Origin: Catajapyx aquilonaris
Lineage: Eukaryota
Reading direction: 5' to 3'
Assembly: GCA_000934665.2 (NCBI GenBank)
Contig: KZ538385.1
Span: 1 to 64,000 of the forward strand
DNA: 64,000 nt
Positions within the stretch are counted from its first letter, which is position 1. The number at the start of each line of letters is the position of its first letter. Position numbers and translations under genes: made by a program. The notes under the pieces were generated by a model. The model ran no database searches and was not told the DNA's origin. It was given only the letters and a program-made list of their open reading frames with translations. Below, piece after piece: positions 62,001 through 64,000 of the stretch.

Positions 62001-64000
62001 CATCGCTCCTGTTTGAAAAAAAGCAACTCCTAATCAAAACTGCAAAAATGTGTCGGACTGATCATTGTTGGCTCGTTCTGCCGTTGTCGAAATCCAAACA
62101 AACCCCGCGTATCTGCCGTCTACAGTATTGCGAAGAGCTTGAGCATAGCCGCAGCCTAAATAGTCCGGGCGACACGGGCTGGAAACCTATAAGTCTCTAT
62201 CCGGGGGAATCCCGGGCAAGGTTTGCGAGTGAGTGTGCAGCAGCCAGTAGGACCCGGGCACAAATCCGGGTGTTCCATTATGGGAAATTAGCTTCCGTGC
62301 GGCTTGTTCGTCCCCCCCCCTCTCCGCCCAGCATCCCTCAAAAAAACGAGATCCGGGGGTGATGAGTCCGCGGATGCCGGCGCCGGAACATTACTAATCC
62401 ATTATTATAATAATACGGGGGGGCCGCCCGGAGAAGCCCCGATGCCGCCTACCCCCCCGGTCCACACTCTCCCCCGAGGACTTTTTATAGCTTATTAGCA
62501 CCAGACCCGAAAGACATAACTTTTGGCCGTCCCGAGGTCAGGTCCGTGCATCGTATTCATAACTACGGGAGCCTGGTGGCTTTTGTCTGCTGCCAACCTA
62601 CGTTTATGACCCTCCCTGTACCTGCAAGCAGATAAAGTGTGGTGCTTCACCATTGAATTTGGACTTCACGTGAGGAGGACAAAACGCGCCCAATTGCTGC
62701 GGCGGCACCGTCTTTGAGTGGTGCTAACAGTCACCTAGTTCTGGCAACCCTGATGAATCATGGCGGTCCAAATGGGTTCAGCTTCTTAAGAAGCGCGTGC
62801 TTTTTTTTTCTCATCTCAACTTTTTTTCCCCCCTCCCAACGTTTCCTTATCGTACCAAAGAGGGTTGAACGTCGCCGACTTGATGGGACTCGCTTTGTCA
62901 CCTCGCACTTTTCTTTAGTGACGTTAGTTTTCAGCCACTTCACACTTTCCTAAATCTGTCGGTACAGAGTTCCATAATTCAGTCTGGAGGAGAGAGAGAG
63001 GCCCTCGTTTTGATCACGGAGGATGGTTGCAGCAGGAGCAATGAGGTGGAATTTACTAAAGGGCTGGGAATTTTCTGATGACAACAGCACTGGCGGTCAT
63101 GACGGTTGAATAGCTGTTTATGGACTGCAAATGACTTGCATGTTTTTTTATTTCAAAAGAGCGGTGGGAACGAATGTTGTATGCAGTTGGTGCGAATCAC
63201 TGTCTGTAGCATGGACACAGAAAGTAAGGTAATTGCCTTGTGAATTTATGCAGCATGCCGTAATTTTTTTTTGTCAAAAAAATTGTTGCCTTTGACAGTA
63301 TTTTGCGTGTGTGTAGGATGTATAACCGCACCTGCCTTTTTTAAAATAAAAAAAGTTTCTAAGCGGCTTCCTCTTTTTAACCATGCCAAAGGCGAAATCG
63401 CCAACTGCAAAGTGGCTTAGGCAAAATAGCATCATATCGCGTTACCCTCTCCATCAGGCTTGTTGTGATTTCGCGATGGAGGATGGAAAATAATGCGGAT
63501 CTGTCTGCAGAGTCATATCAAGCTCGGAGGGATATGACTACAGGCTACACGCAAACGGGGGGTCGGCAGAGGTAAACAGCCTGTTGTAAAATTAATGCAT
63601 AATGGCTCCTCCTACAGAAAAAAAATCCCCTTCATTTTTTTAGCCCTCCCCCATCTTAGCCTGGGACTTAATTATTCTCCCTGGCTCCTTCAGCGAGAAT
63701 CTCATTACCGGGAGTGAGCTTCCGGTTTTCGGAAAGTTTGTGAAATTTCCGTTTCGGATGGGGGACGCAGAATCTGCGCCGTGGTGTATCCCCAGATATA
63801 TCTGCGAGAGAGGGATGTTGCTCATTTCGGGGGGATGTTGTTGACGGAAACTGCCGGGGATTTCTAAGAATAAACCGTTCCTCCCCAAAGCCGCCTTTGA
63901 CAACTTGTTTGTGCCACCCCCTCCTCCTCTTGTAACACCCACCTCTGACCTCTTGAACCGACGTTCCTTAGCCCAAGTTGGACCATCTCCTCCCACATCT

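Overview
This is eukaryotic, invertebrate-like genomic DNA with spliceosomal introns, no general CpG depletion and many short DNA-transposon remnants. It is not prokaryotic, and almost all ORFs in the supplied track are spurious. The one clearly supported protein-coding gene is a + strand storkhead-box (STOX1/STOX2, Drosophila knockout/ko-like) winged-helix transcription factor. I assembled it by hand from seven exons: 10975-11253, 15395-15590, 28083-28300, 28553-28754, 30562-30828, 32832-~34168 and 34954-35178. The first five GT-AG introns are phase-consistent, but the donor into the last exon is unresolved. A probable second + strand transcript starts near 38.9 kb, with what look like non-coding or micro exons only. 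The rest of the window is intronic or intergenic and holds several non-autonomous inverted-repeat (MITE) families, some nested in each other, plus micro/minisatellites and palindromes. I found no CRISPR array, rRNA, tRNA or intact transposase, and nothing I can defend as a new biological system. The most interesting observations are an insertion hotspot inside one MITE family, inverted MITE copies close to STOX exons, and the two possible STOX C-termini.
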